From: an uncultured bacterium
Lineage (GTDB): Bacteria > Chloroflexota > UBA5177 > JANWHV01
Assembly (NCBI GenBank): GCA_963827235.1
Contig: CAWHAE010000012.1
Location: 864,001 to 928,000, forward strand
Reading direction: 5' to 3'
Length of the DNA stretch: 64,000 nucleotides
Shown: one piece after another, positions 24,096 to 34,400 of the stretch
Layout: each line of letters begins with the position of its first letter
Position numbering within the stretch: the first letter of the stretch is position 1
Made by a program: the position numbers and the translations under genes
Notes under the pieces: generated by a model
What the model was told of the DNA's origin: nothing
What the model saw: the letters and a program-made list of their open reading frames with translations, nothing else
Database searches by the model: none

Positions 24096-24422
24096 GTGGA
24101 CAATCTCGACCAGTATGCGGATCTTTGGGGTTCTCGAGCCAAGGAGTATGTGCTCCTCAGGGGACCCGGCGTCATGTTGCCCTTCCACCTGCCCTCAGGG
24201 GGTGCGTTGATCATCGAGGATCATAAGACGGCGGTCGAAGTGGTGTCGCGCATGCAGAAAGCAGGCGTACCGGTCGTGGACGAGATAGCTCCGGGGCCCG
24301 ACTTCGAACGCATCAAGCGGGAGCAGGGCGATCCACAGCAGGTCCTGGACCGGCTCCTAGAGGGGTTCGCGCCATCACAGCCAGCGCGGAAGAAGCGAAA
24401 AGGAGGCCTCGATGCCGAGTAG
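24096..24422 (+). CDS. Hypothetical protein of about 108 aa, possible orphan immunity protein
   Basis: AGGAAGG/AGGT RBS before GTG 24096; globular-looking sequence DNLDQYADLWG...LIIED; lower GC than flanks. Confidence 0.55.
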   Translation: MDNLDQYADLWGSRAKEYVLLRGPGVMLPFHLPSGGALIIEDHKTAVEVVSRMQKAGVPVVDEIAPGPDFERIKREQGDPQQVLDRLLEGFAPSQPARKKRKGGLDAE

Positions 24423-24439
24423 CGCCCACGGGTGATGAC

Positions 24440-24859
24440 ATGCCTGACCTGCACGGTGAGTTGCAAGATGATCCATGGACGGAGCTTGATGCTCAGGAGG
24501 TAACCGCGCATAGCGAAGGCGGCGAGCGTCTGCGTGCTGCCAAGCACGAGTTGATACCGATGGAACGCGAGGATATCCCCGGCTTTGCCAACGAGGAAGA
24601 AGAACACCAATTCAGGTCAACACATAGCCTAGGCCCGCGTTTGCTGGCAGAGATGAAGTCTGTACCGCCCGAAGGCGATGAGTGGGCGCCTCCCGCGCGC
24701 CCCCGCGCGGCGCGCTCTGTGCAGCTGCGTTTGGGCGATGACATCGTGACGCGCGCCAAGACCCTGGCGGCGTTGCGCCATACCGGCTACCAGACCTCGC
24801 TCAAAGAGTTCGTGATCGAACGGCTCTACGAGGAAGAGAAGCGCGTCGGGCTGCGGTAA
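24440..24859 (+). CDS. CopG/BrnA-like type II antitoxin (true start may be 24560)
   Basis: DIPGFANEEEEHQF..TH and VQLRLGDDIVTRAKTLA...GYQTSLKEFVIERL ribbon-helix-helix pattern. Confidence 0.75.
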   Translation: MPDLHGELQDDPWTELDAQEVTAHSEGGERLRAAKHELIPMEREDIPGFANEEEEHQFRSTHSLGPRLLAEMKSVPPEGDEWAPPARPRAARSVQLRLGDDIVTRAKTLAALRHTGYQTSLKEFVIERLYEEEKRVGLR

Positions 24860-24876
24860 AACGGCCGAAGCAAGGC

Positions 24877-25767
24877 TCAGGTGCCGAAGGCAATCTCGGT
24901 TTGTACGTGCTCGGCGCGCGGACGATGCCAGTCGGATAGCCCGTAGCGCTCGCGGATCTCGGCCACCCGTGCATCGAGCCGCTCGACAGCCTCGCGTGGC
25001 GGATACTTGCCCGCGTAGAGGCGCGCGTGCAGCGGCACGAGGTCCGGGTATTCGTGCTGCAGGAAACGCATGTAGTGGGTGCGCTCGCCCGCCCCAAGGT
25101 GCAGCGCTCCGGCGGCGAAGAACGAGGCGCCGTGCTCCGCCGCCGCCCGCGCCGTCGCCTCCAGACTGTCGCCGCTGCTGCTCAGCCCGGGGATGATCGG
25201 CGCCGCCAGCACGCCGACCGGCACGCCAGCCCCGGCCAGCACGCTCATGGCCCGCAGCCGCTTGTCCGGAGGGGCGGTGCCGGGCTCGCTGGCCCGCCAG
25301 ACCGAGCGGTCCACGGTCGGTATGCTGAAGCACACCACGCAGCCCGCCCGCTGCGCGATGCCCGCCAGCAGCGCGCTGTCCCGCACGATCAGGGTGCCCT
25401 TGGTGACCAGGTTGAGCGGGTTGCGCGCCTCGTCCAGCACCTCGAGCATGCCGTGAGTCAGCCGGTAGCGCGCCTCCGCCGGCTGGTACGGATCGGTGGC
25501 AGTGCCGATGGATACGTTCTCCCGCCGCCACGAAGGCTGCCGCAGCTCCCAGCGAAGCAGATCGGGCGCGTTGATCTTGGCGAAGATGATCCCGGAGAAG
25601 TCGTCGTCGCCGTTGAGGTCCAGGTAGGTGTGGGTCCCGCGCGCGTAGCAATAGTGGCAGCCGTGCACGCAGCCGCGGTAGGGATTGATGCTCCACTTGA
25701 ACGGCATGCCGTGGACGCGATTGATGATACGCTTGGCGACGATCTCGCGGTATTCGACGGACGCCAT
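24877..25767 (-). CDS. Radical SAM protein, Rv2578c / spore-photoproduct-lyase-like family
   Basis: WSINPYRGCVHGCHYCYAR (CxxxCxxC), IGTATDPYQPAE, EPGTAPP. Confidence 0.92.
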   Translation of the reverse strand: MASVEYREIVAKRIINRVHGMPFKWSINPYRGCVHGCHYCYARGTHTYLDLNGDDDFSGIIFAKINAPDLLRWELRQPSWRRENVSIGTATDPYQPAEARYRLTHGMLEVLDEARNPLNLVTKGTLIVRDSALLAGIAQRAGCVVCFSIPTVDRSVWRASEPGTAPPDKRLRAMSVLAGAGVPVGVLAAPIIPGLSSSGDSLEATARAAAEHGASFFAAGALHLGAGERTHYMRFLQHEYPDLVPLHARLYAGKYPPREAVERLDARVAEIRERYGLSDWHRPRAEHVQTEIAFGT

Positions 25768-25782
25768 GGATGCCCGCTTACT

Positions 25783-25802
25783 AGTTCATCTGTTCTAGTA
25801 TA
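25783..25802 (-). promoter_or_regulatory. Extended -10 (TGcTATACT) abutting an imperfect LexA box AGAACAGATGAACT
   Basis: Minus strand reads TGCTATACT-AGAACAGATGAACT ending 15 nt before the radical SAM start. Confidence 0.65.
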
Positions 25803-25829
25803 GCAGATCGTACCCTGGCAGGCAGCCGG

Positions 25830-26204
25830 TCAGCGGGCGAAGCGCTCGACCTTCTCAAACAGATCGCGCAGGGCAAACGGCTTGCCGAGCAAGCCGTCGG
25901 CATTGATCTCGCCGCCTCGCTTCTCCACGTCCGCCGCTGCCGTACACACGACGATCGGTGCCTTGGGACCGGGCCGACTGGCATAGGCCCTGGCGAAGTC
26001 CCAGCCGTCCATCACGGGCATCTTCATGTCGAGCAGGATCAGGTTCGGCACGAGGCTGCCCACCAGTGCCAGCGCGCTGGCGCCATTGTCGGCCTCGACG
26101 ACCTTGTACCCTTCGGTCTGCAGGGCGAGCTGCAAGAAGTCGCGGATGTTCTCGTCATCGTCCACCACCATGATGCACTTGACGCCGGCGGTCGGATACC
26201 CCAC
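25830..26204 (-). CDS. Single-domain response regulator (receiver only)
   Basis: IMVVDDD, ILLDMKMPVMDG, CTA, LGKPF; GTG start right after the kinase stop. Confidence 0.9.
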   Translation of the reverse strand: MGYPTAGVKCIMVVDDDENIRDFLQLALQTEGYKVVEADNGASALALVGSLVPNLILLDMKMPVMDGWDFARAYASRPGPKAPIVVCTAAADVEKRGGEINADGLLGKPFALRDLFEKVERFAR

Positions 26205-26205
26205 C

Positions 26206-27687
26206 TCAGGCTTCCACGTCCAGGGGAAGCAACACGGTGAATTCGGAGCCGCCGTCGGAAGGGAAGGCCACCTCCATCTTCCCGCCGTGCAGCTCGACGA
26301 TCTGGTGCGAGATGTACAGCCCGAGGCCCATGCCGGAGCGATGCATGCGCGAGTGCGCCTGGTAGTACCGGTCGAAGATATGGGCACGCTCTTCCTGGGG
26401 GATGCCTATCCCGTGGTCGCGCACGCTGATGCGAGCCCAACGGCCGGCATCGCACGAGCCGGTGACCACGATCTGCCCTCCGTCGGGGCTGTACTTGATT
26501 GCATTGTCGACCAGATTGGTGATCACCTGCTCCAGTCGCAGACTGTCCACCGTGCCGGCCATGCTCTCGGGAGCCCGAACGAGCAGCGTATGCGCCGTGG
26601 TCCGCGCCTGCGCATCCTGGGCAACGCCGCGAACGATCGGCACCAGGTCTGTCTGCTTGCGGTCCAGCCGAAGCCGCCCGGCCTCGATGCGCGAGGCGTC
26701 GAGCAGTTGGTTCACCAGCGCGTTCAGCTTTTCCGACTGCCTGGCAATGGTCTGCAGCGCTCGCCGTACCAGCGCGATCTCCGGCTCGCGGCCCCGCTCG
26801 TAGAGCCTGTCCAGCGCCTCGGCAAAGCCGAGCAAGCTGGTCAACGGCGTCTTGAGCTCGTGGGCGGCCACCGACAGGAACTCGTCCCGCTGCCGTACCG
26901 CCTGCTCCGCCGCCTCCGCACGCATGCGCTCGGATTCTGCGCGCTTGCGCTCCGAGATGTCGCGCACCACGGCCGTCACCAGCGTGTCACCCTCCGACAC
27001 GAAGGGACTCAAGCTGATCTCGACCGGAAAGGTGGTGCCGTCCTTTCTCTGACCGTACAGCTCCAGGCCGGCACCCATGGGGCGCAGTCGAGGATTCAGA
27101 TGGTAGCCGGCCCGATGCGCCGCGTGCTGCGCCCGGTACTGCTCCGGCACGAGCATGTCTATCGACATGTCGAGCAGCTCGGCACGGCCGTAGCCGAATA
27201 CCTGTGTCGCCTGCGAATTGACGAACACTATTCGTCCGCTGCGGTCGACGCTCACGATGGCATCGGGGGCCGATTCGAGCATGTTGCGCAGATACGCCTC
27301 GGTATGGACGAGCGTCTGCTCCGCCCGCTTGCGTTCCGTGATGTCCGTGTTGATCTCGAGCAGAGAGGGGGGGTCGCCGCGGCGACCTTCCCAGAGAGAC
27401 CAGCGGCTCTCCACGGTAACTTGCCTGCCGTCTCGCGTGTGGTGAATCAGCTCACCGCTCCACAGCCCCCGTGCACGCAAGATGCTCTGGATGTCCATGA
27501 ACGGCACGGGAAACCGGGTCTTCAGCAGGGCGTGGGTCGTCTTGCCCAGCGCCTCCGCCGCGGTCCATCCATAGAGGCGCTCCGCCGCCCTGTTCCACCG
27601 CAGTATGGTCGCAGTGGCAAGATCGCGAACGATAATCGCGTCGTTGGCCAGGTCGATAAGCTCGTCGCCCGCGGTTGTTCCGTCCAT
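26206..27687 (-). CDS. PAS-PAS sensor histidine kinase
   Basis: Two PAS/PAC domains (WNRAAERLYGW...DITERK; FVNSQA...RKDGTTFPVEISLS), AHELKTPLT, NLVDNAIKYS, GMGLGLYIS. Confidence 0.95.
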   Translation of the reverse strand: MDGTTAGDELIDLANDAIIVRDLATATILRWNRAAERLYGWTAAEALGKTTHALLKTRFPVPFMDIQSILRARGLWSGELIHHTRDGRQVTVESRWSLWEGRRGDPPSLLEINTDITERKRAEQTLVHTEAYLRNMLESAPDAIVSVDRSGRIVFVNSQATQVFGYGRAELLDMSIDMLVPEQYRAQHAAHRAGYHLNPRLRPMGAGLELYGQRKDGTTFPVEISLSPFVSEGDTLVTAVVRDISERKRAESERMRAEAAEQAVRQRDEFLSVAAHELKTPLTSLLGFAEALDRLYERGREPEIALVRRALQTIARQSEKLNALVNQLLDASRIEAGRLRLDRKQTDLVPIVRGVAQDAQARTTAHTLLVRAPESMAGTVDSLRLEQVITNLVDNAIKYSPDGGQIVVTGSCDAGRWARISVRDHGIGIPQEERAHIFDRYYQAHSRMHRSGMGLGLYISHQIVELHGGKMEVAFPSDGGSEFTVLLPLDVEA

Positions 27688-27885
27688 AGCACTCCGAGAT
27701 TCCTGGTGAGCCCGGCGATCGCTAGCCTACCGAGGCATTGGACGAACTCTCTAGGCCTTATCACCTCCTTATACCGCGCCCGCCGGATTCTGGCAATGCG
27801 AGCCCACTCATGAACCGCCGTGCATCCCGTATCATGACCGTCAGGCCGGGCGAGCTGTGCCGCCGCCCGCCGTCCACGCTTATCG

Positions 27886-29601
27886 ATGCGAGAGGTTCCC
27901 GTGCACCGAACGAAGCTCCTCTGTGAGACGCTGAGGCAGAGCCCGGCGGACGCCGAGTCTGCCGGCCACCAGTACCTGCTGCGCGGCAGCTACGTCCAGG
28001 CTCACGCCGCCGGCATCTATTCGCTGCTCCCACTCGGCGTGCGCGTGAAGCGCAAGATCGAGCAGATCATGCGCGAGGAGATGGATGCGATCGGTGGGCT
28101 GGAAATCGTGATGCCGGTCGTACAGCCGGCCGACCTCTGGCAGGAGAGCGGCCGCTGGCAGTCCGTCGGCCCGGAGCTGGCCAGACTTGTAGACCGCAGC
28201 GGTCGCGACCTCGTGCTGGCCATGACGCACGAAGAAGCCGTTACCGACGTGCTGCGCAAGCAGGTCACCTCCTACCGGCGGCTGCCGCTTCTGCTCTACC
28301 AGATCCAGACCAAGTTCCGCGACGAGCCGCGATCGCGCGGCGGACTGATCCGCCTGCGCGAGTTCACCATGAAGGACGCCTACAGCGCGGACGTGTCGCC
28401 TGAAGCGCTTGACGCCTCGTACCTCCGCGTCTTCGGCGCCTACCAGCGCATCTTCGAGCGCCTGCAACTTCCCGTTCTGCCGGTGGTCGCCGACGTTGGC
28501 ATGATGGGCGGCTCGGCGGCACATGAGTTCATGTTCCTGTCCGAGGTGGGTGAAGATACGGTGGTGCTCTGCGACGCCTGCGGATTCGCCGCCAACCAGC
28601 AGGTGGCGCCCTTCCGAAAGGACATCCCCCCGGCAGAGGAACCGCTGCCGCTGGAGCCCGTGGAGACGCCGGACACGCCGACGATCGCCTCGCTCGCCGC
28701 GCTGCTGCAGGTGCCTGCCTCGCGCACCGCGAAGGCGGCCTTCTTCGTGGCCGGAGACCGCCTCGTCTTCGCCGTCGTGCGCGGGGACATGGAGGTCAAC
28801 GAAACGAAGCTCGCCGCCGCGGTGGGCGCGCGCGAGCTTCGTTTTGCCTCCCCGGAGGACCTCGCGGGCACCGGTATCGTTCCCGGCTTTGCCTCCCCTA
28901 TCGGCGTGGACCGCGTGCTGGTCGTGGTCGACGACCTGGTGCCGCGATCGCCCAACCTGGTCGCGGGCGCCAATCGCCCGGGCTACCATCTTCGCAACAC
29001 GAACGTCCCCCGCGACTACCGCCCGGGCATCGTCGCCGACATCACGAAGGCGCAGGAGGGCGCGCCCTGCCCCAACTGTGGCGCGCCGCTTCGCCTGGCA
29101 CGCGCGGTCGAGGTCGGCAATATCTTCAAGCTGGGCACCCGCTATGCCCGGGCCCTGGGCGCCACCTACATGAACGAGGCCGGGCAGCCAGTCGACATCG
29201 AGATGGGTTCCTACGGCATCGGAGTCGAGCGGCTGATCGCTTGCTTGGCGGAAGCGCATCACGACGAGGACGGCTTGATCTGGCCCGCGGTCGTGTCGCC
29301 GTACCAGGTCTATCTCGTGGGCCTGGATCTTGAAATCGAGGCGGTCAGCACCGCCGCCGGCCGGCTCTATGATGAGCTTCAGGCGGCAGGCGTTGAGGTA
29401 CTGTACGACGACCGCGACGAGCGCGCCGGCGTGAAGTTCAAGGATGCCGATCTGCTCGGAATGCCGGTCCGTGTGACCGTCAGCAAGAGAACGCTGGCAC
29501 GCGAGGCCGTGGAGCTGAAACGGCGATCCGGAGGCGACGCCCGCGATCTGCCGCTCGACCGGGCTGCCCCAGCTATTGTCGAGGACCTCACCCAGCAGTG
29601 A
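27886..29601 (+). CDS. proS: Proline--tRNA ligase (bacterial type with INS editing domain)
   Basis: LWQESGRW, THEE, YQIQTKFRDEPR, REFTMKDAYS, EVGNIFKLG, MGSYGIGVER, YDDRDERAGVKFKDADL. Confidence 0.97.
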   Translation: MREVPVHRTKLLCETLRQSPADAESAGHQYLLRGSYVQAHAAGIYSLLPLGVRVKRKIEQIMREEMDAIGGLEIVMPVVQPADLWQESGRWQSVGPELARLVDRSGRDLVLAMTHEEAVTDVLRKQVTSYRRLPLLLYQIQTKFRDEPRSRGGLIRLREFTMKDAYSADVSPEALDASYLRVFGAYQRIFERLQLPVLPVVADVGMMGGSAAHEFMFLSEVGEDTVVLCDACGFAANQQVAPFRKDIPPAEEPLPLEPVETPDTPTIASLAALLQVPASRTAKAAFFVAGDRLVFAVVRGDMEVNETKLAAAVGARELRFASPEDLAGTGIVPGFASPIGVDRVLVVVDDLVPRSPNLVAGANRPGYHLRNTNVPRDYRPGIVADITKAQEGAPCPNCGAPLRLARAVEVGNIFKLGTRYARALGATYMNEAGQPVDIEMGSYGIGVERLIACLAEAHHDEDGLIWPAVVSPYQVYLVGLDLEIEAVSTAAGRLYDELQAAGVEVLYDDRDERAGVKFKDADLLGMPVRVTVSKRTLAREAVELKRRSGGDARDLPLDRAAPAIVEDLTQQ

Positions 29602-29620
29602 CCCGCGAGCACGCGATTGG

Positions 29621-31045
29621 TCAGGCGGTAGCTACCTGCGCCCTTTGCAGGTCGGCCTCCTTCTTGATCTGCTTCGCCTTGTCCTTCTGGCCGATCTCGG
29701 CGTAGCTCGCCGCCAATCTGTCCAGCTCGCGAATCGTTTCGCGGCGCGAGCCGGATGCCCGGCACTCGGCGACGTTCTTTTCCTGGTACTCGATGGAGCG
29801 CGCACGCTCGCCGCGCCGCCAGAGCGAGCGAGCGGCCACAAAGTAGGCGCGAGCCAGGGCCTGATGGTCCCCGGACTCGGTAGCGGTAGCAAGTGATTGG
29901 TCGAACAGCTCGCGGGCTTCTTCCGCTTCGCCCTTGAGATCGAGGATGTTGGCGCAGTTCCCGAGCGCCTCCGCGAGCTCCACGCGGTTACCGGCGCGGC
30001 GGCGCAGCTCGAGCGCTCGCCGGTAATAGTCGAGCGCTTCGTCCAGGCGGTTCTGCCCTTCGTATGTCCTGCCCAGCTCGGCCGAGGCTATAGCCTGCGC
30101 GCCTTCGTCGCCAAGCTCGATGTAGAGCGCCAGCGCCTTGCTCAGGCTGGCGACGGCGGCAGCCAGCATACCCTGCGCCGCCAGTGACCGTCCCAGCCGC
30201 ACGAGCGTGGCGGACAGGAGCACCGGATCGTTCAGGGTCTCGATGCGCGGAAGGGCCTGCTCCAGCATCTTCCGAGCGGCGTCGTGATTGCCCTGGCGCT
30301 GATAGACCTCTGCTATCGCGCCGAGAACCTTGCCTGCCTCGGCCCGATTATCCGACTCTTCGCGGATCCGCGAGGCGAGCCGAAGCCGATCCAGGGCGAC
30401 TGACTCCCGTTCCTGCCGTGCCGCGACCATACCACCGGCGTAGCAGGCCTCCGCGAGCAACTCCCGATCGCCGAGCGTCTCCAGCAGGGCGATGGCACGA
30501 GCAAACGTGGCCTCGGCTTCGGCCAGGCTGCCGATTTGCAGCTGCAGGCTGCCGATCTGCACGAGGCACTGCGCGATCTCAGGCACGTTGTTGAGCTGCT
30601 CGCGCATGCGTAACGTCTGCGTGAAGCCGGCCAGCGCCTCGGCGTACATCTGCATGGCGACCAGCGCGCGGCAGGCGGTGAACAACGAGGAGGCGGTGGC
30701 CTCCACGTCACCCAGGCGCTCGCACACTGCCACCGATCGCTGTGCCATGTCGTAGGCATCCCGATAGTTGCCCAACTGAGCGTAGAGTTCGCTCATATCG
30801 CGCAGTAAGGCGGCGGCCACGCCGAAATTGCCCAGGCGGTCGTGAAGCACAAGGCAGCGCTGGCAGGTTTGCAGCGCTTCGGCCGCCATGCCGTACTGCC
30901 GATAGAGGCCGGTTATCCTCTCCAGCGCAGTTACGGCGCCCTTGAGGTCACCGTCCGCCTCATATTCACTCAGGGTACGCTGCCACTTCGCGAGCAGAAT
31001 CCTGGCGGACGAGGAAAGCGGCGACGGGGTTTCGGGCAAGCTCAT
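29621..31045 (-). CDS. Tetratricopeptide-repeat-only protein
   Basis: About 11 repeats of roughly 40 aa (e.g. EALDYYRRALELRR, EAEATFARAIALLE); CCAGGAG RBS before ATG 31045. Confidence 0.9.
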   Translation of the reverse strand: MSLPETPSPLSSSARILLAKWQRTLSEYEADGDLKGAVTALERITGLYRQYGMAAEALQTCQRCLVLHDRLGNFGVAAALLRDMSELYAQLGNYRDAYDMAQRSVAVCERLGDVEATASSLFTACRALVAMQMYAEALAGFTQTLRMREQLNNVPEIAQCLVQIGSLQLQIGSLAEAEATFARAIALLETLGDRELLAEACYAGGMVAARQERESVALDRLRLASRIREESDNRAEAGKVLGAIAEVYQRQGNHDAARKMLEQALPRIETLNDPVLLSATLVRLGRSLAAQGMLAAAVASLSKALALYIELGDEGAQAIASAELGRTYEGQNRLDEALDYYRRALELRRRAGNRVELAEALGNCANILDLKGEAEEARELFDQSLATATESGDHQALARAYFVAARSLWRRGERARSIEYQEKNVAECRASGSRRETIRELDRLAASYAEIGQKDKAKQIKKEADLQRAQVATA

Positions 31046-31247
31046 TGCACTCCTGGGTTGGCAGACCGCTGCCATCATTCATGATACCGTGTAGCACTGG
31101 TCGACCGCCCGACCCGCCACGCCCGGTGGTCTGATAATAGCGCAATTGCCGCCACTCCGCGCAGAAGTCCTGGATACGACCGGGCAGTTACCGTCCGTTG
31201 TCATGGTGGACGTGCGCGGCCTAGCAGACACGGGCCGAGCCCCGCCG

Positions 31248-31277
31248 GCTGCTGCCGGCTTCGCGGCCGGCAGCAGC
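31248..31277 (-). terminator. GC-rich hairpin downstream of the GH38 gene
   Basis: GCTGCTGCCGGCT-TCGC-GGCCGGCAGCAGC; no U tract, so terminator role is uncertain. Confidence 0.4.
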
Positions 31278-31416
31278 GCCTGTCCCTACCCCCCCAGCCG
31301 CGGTTCGGAGCTTCGTCAACCGGCCGCAGCCGGCCGCGCCGCAGCCGTTCGACCGCAGTCGCTGGTTCCGGGCCCAGTACCTGCCGCCCTGCCGCGGTGG
31401 GAGGTACCGTTTCCCA

Positions 31417-34400
31417 TCAAGGCTGGATACCCACCCGGAACGAGCGAACCTGGAACGGCAGGATTTCGAATACCAACGAACGACCATCCACGTGCAGCGG
31501 ACCGGCAGCGCCGTCCGGCTCCTCCAGGATGGTGACGGCAGACGCCTTCTCGATCGGCTGGGCAAAGGTAAGCGTCACCGTGCCGCGGCGATTCGCGCAG
31601 TCGTACACGCGCACAATTGTCCCGTTGCCGTCCTCGGCCGGCTTCACGGTATCGACCACCGCGTGAGCGCGATCGCTGGACACAAAGGACGCCTGCGCGC
31701 TCAGCTTCGATCCACTGCCCGGCACAGCGCGGGCGCGCGCCGGCATGTTAAAGGCGACGGCAGCCTGCACCGTGTTCTCGATGCTCCAGTCCGGGCCGTG
31801 GGGGAGTAGCGCGTAGGAGAAGCTCTGCGTACCCTCGTCCGCCATCGGATCCGGCTCGATGCCGGACTTGAGCAGAGTCAGGCTCAGCACGTTGCCCAGG
31901 CATTCGTGCCCGTATTTCCCGTCGTTGAGCAGACTGACGCCGTACCCGCCTTCAGAGAGATCGGCCCAGCGGTGGGCACAGACCTCGAATCGCGCCGCAT
32001 CCCAGCTCGTGTTGCGATGCACCTGCCGCTGCACGAAGCCGAAGGCACACTCGTAGGTGGCGGCTACCGCGTGAACCGCCAGCGGGAACGCCGCCTTGAG
32101 CAACACCTGTCGCTGGTGCCAGTCGATCGTGGTCAGGATGTCCACGCGCGGCGTGCCAGCGTGCAGCAGGATACGCTGGCGGATTGTGGAGTGGCCGAAG
32201 TGCCGAGCGATCTCGATTCCGGCCCGAACAGGCCCCTCCTCGACGACCTGCCAGGAATGGACGCTATCTATCTCCACGCACTTGTCCACGTAGAACTCGT
32301 CGATATCCCAGGCATCGTTGGCCAGTGGCTTGTCTTCGAAGGCCAGCAACCGGTTGCCCCCTCCCGGAGCAAGCACTTCGCGGCCGAAGCGCTTGTCGAC
32401 CAGCGAAGCGAAGCGGCCTCGATCGTCCAGCTCCAGGCGGAAGTAGCGATTCTCGAGCACGCGCTCGCTGACCGCGAGCTCGGAAGGAGCGGCAGGGGCG
32501 CTGCCGCCCGTGAAGACCAGCGCGTAGCCGAGCGGCGGCACCGTGAGCCCAGAGACGAGCACGCCACGCTCGGGCCAGGTAACGACCTGCGAGGCCAGCG
32601 GCCGTCCATCCGCGGTAGCCAATGCGGCGTCCGCCGGCACGCTGGCCGGCAATCGCAACTCGAGAGTCTCGTTGCGAGGGAATGGAGAGGCGTTGAAGAC
32701 GGCGATCGCGGGTCTCTCCGACTGTACCTGCCGCGCGACCACGTCCTGCGCCTCGGCCAGCACGCCCCCGGCCGTGGCCAGAATCGCCGCGTGTTGCCTG
32801 CGCTCGTCCTCGTAGACCTCGCCGATCGAGGAGCCGGGCAGGATGTCATGGAACTGGTTCAGCAGCGCGTCCTCCCAGCACGCGGTGAGTCGCTCCTGGC
32901 GTGAAGTAGCGTCGCGGTCGTAGGTCGCCGCCCAGGCGCACCAGAGCTCGGCGTCGTGGAGCAGGTGCTCGACACGCCTGTTGTTCCACTTGGCCCGCGC
33001 CTGGCTGGTATAGGTGCCGCGGTGCAGCTCGAAGTAGAGCTCACCCTCCCACACGGGAGAGCGCGGATCGCCCAGAACGCGCTCACCCAGGCCGGCAAGA
33101 TATGCATCGACGCTCGACTGCGAGACGCGAGGCAGGCCCGGGTAGTCCCGCAGGCGCGTCGCATACTCGAGCATCTGTTCGGTCGGACCGCCGCCGCCGT
33201 CCCCGAAGCCGAACGCGTACAGCGTCTGCGTGCTTGCCGCCTTGTCGCGGAAGCGTATCCAGCTCCCCAGCATCTCCTTCACGGAGAAGTCCCCGTTATA
33301 AGTGGCCTGACCGCGCTTCACCGGATAGGGATCGCGCTGGTAGTCGAGCGGATCCCAATCGGCACCCGCGGTCATGAAGTAGCCAAGCACTTCCGTGCCG
33401 TCGATGCCCCGCCAGCGAAACGCGTCGTGGGGCATACGGTTGGTGGCATTCCAACTCAGCTTGATCGTGACCATCGCCTGCACGCCCGCGCTGCGCATGA
33501 GCTGCGGCAGGGAGCCGGTGAAGCCGAAGACGTCCGGCAGCCACAGGTAGCGGCATATCTTGCCGAATCGCTGGCGCATGAAACGCTGCCCGTAGAGGAA
33601 TTGTCGCACCAGCGATTCGCCGCTCGTCAAGTTGCAGTCGGCCTCGACCCACATGGCGCCCGCCGGCTCCCAACGGCCTTCGGCGGCACGCTTCTCGATC
33701 TGGTGATAGAGCTCCGGCTCGTCCTCCTCCAGCCAGCGATACTGCTGCGGCTGGCTGCAAAGGAATCGGTAGTCCGGGTAACGCTCCATCAGTCGCAGAA
33801 CGGTCGACCAGCTGCGCGCTATTTTCCGCCTGGTCTGGGAGATCGGCCACATCCAGGCCGTATCGATGTGCGCGTGCCCGACCGCATCCACCGCCGGACG
33901 ACTGCCTGCCAAGCCGCGGGCGAGGGTCGCAAGGCCGGCCGAGAGATGGGTACGCGCCCTTGCCGCGGACTGACGGAATTCCTCGGAGGTGGGCTCCAGG
34001 CGGTTCACCATGTTCTCCGCCTCGAGCAACAGCGCGAGCAGCGCTGCGCGCTCGACCGCCGCATCGGGAAGCACGGCAAGCGCCTCCACGCCAACGGCCA
34101 AGTCGTAGTACAGCGCCTCAGCGTCCGCGTCGATCAGCTCCAGGCGGCAGTCGCCGACTGTAAACGCATCACTGGGCTTGCGCGCTATTGTCGTGACCGG
34201 CGATGCGTATGCCTCGATCGCCGCCAGGCGGGACACGCCGTCGCAGCACTCGGCCGGCAGCACGATTGTCCTGTGATTCTCGTCCAGGCCCTGCCACGGC
34301 CGGCCATCCAGATACGCCATGCCCTGGCCGCCCAGCGGCAACGACAGACGGACCTTTTGACCGGACCACGACGGTGGAACTCGGAACCAGGCTCGAAACC

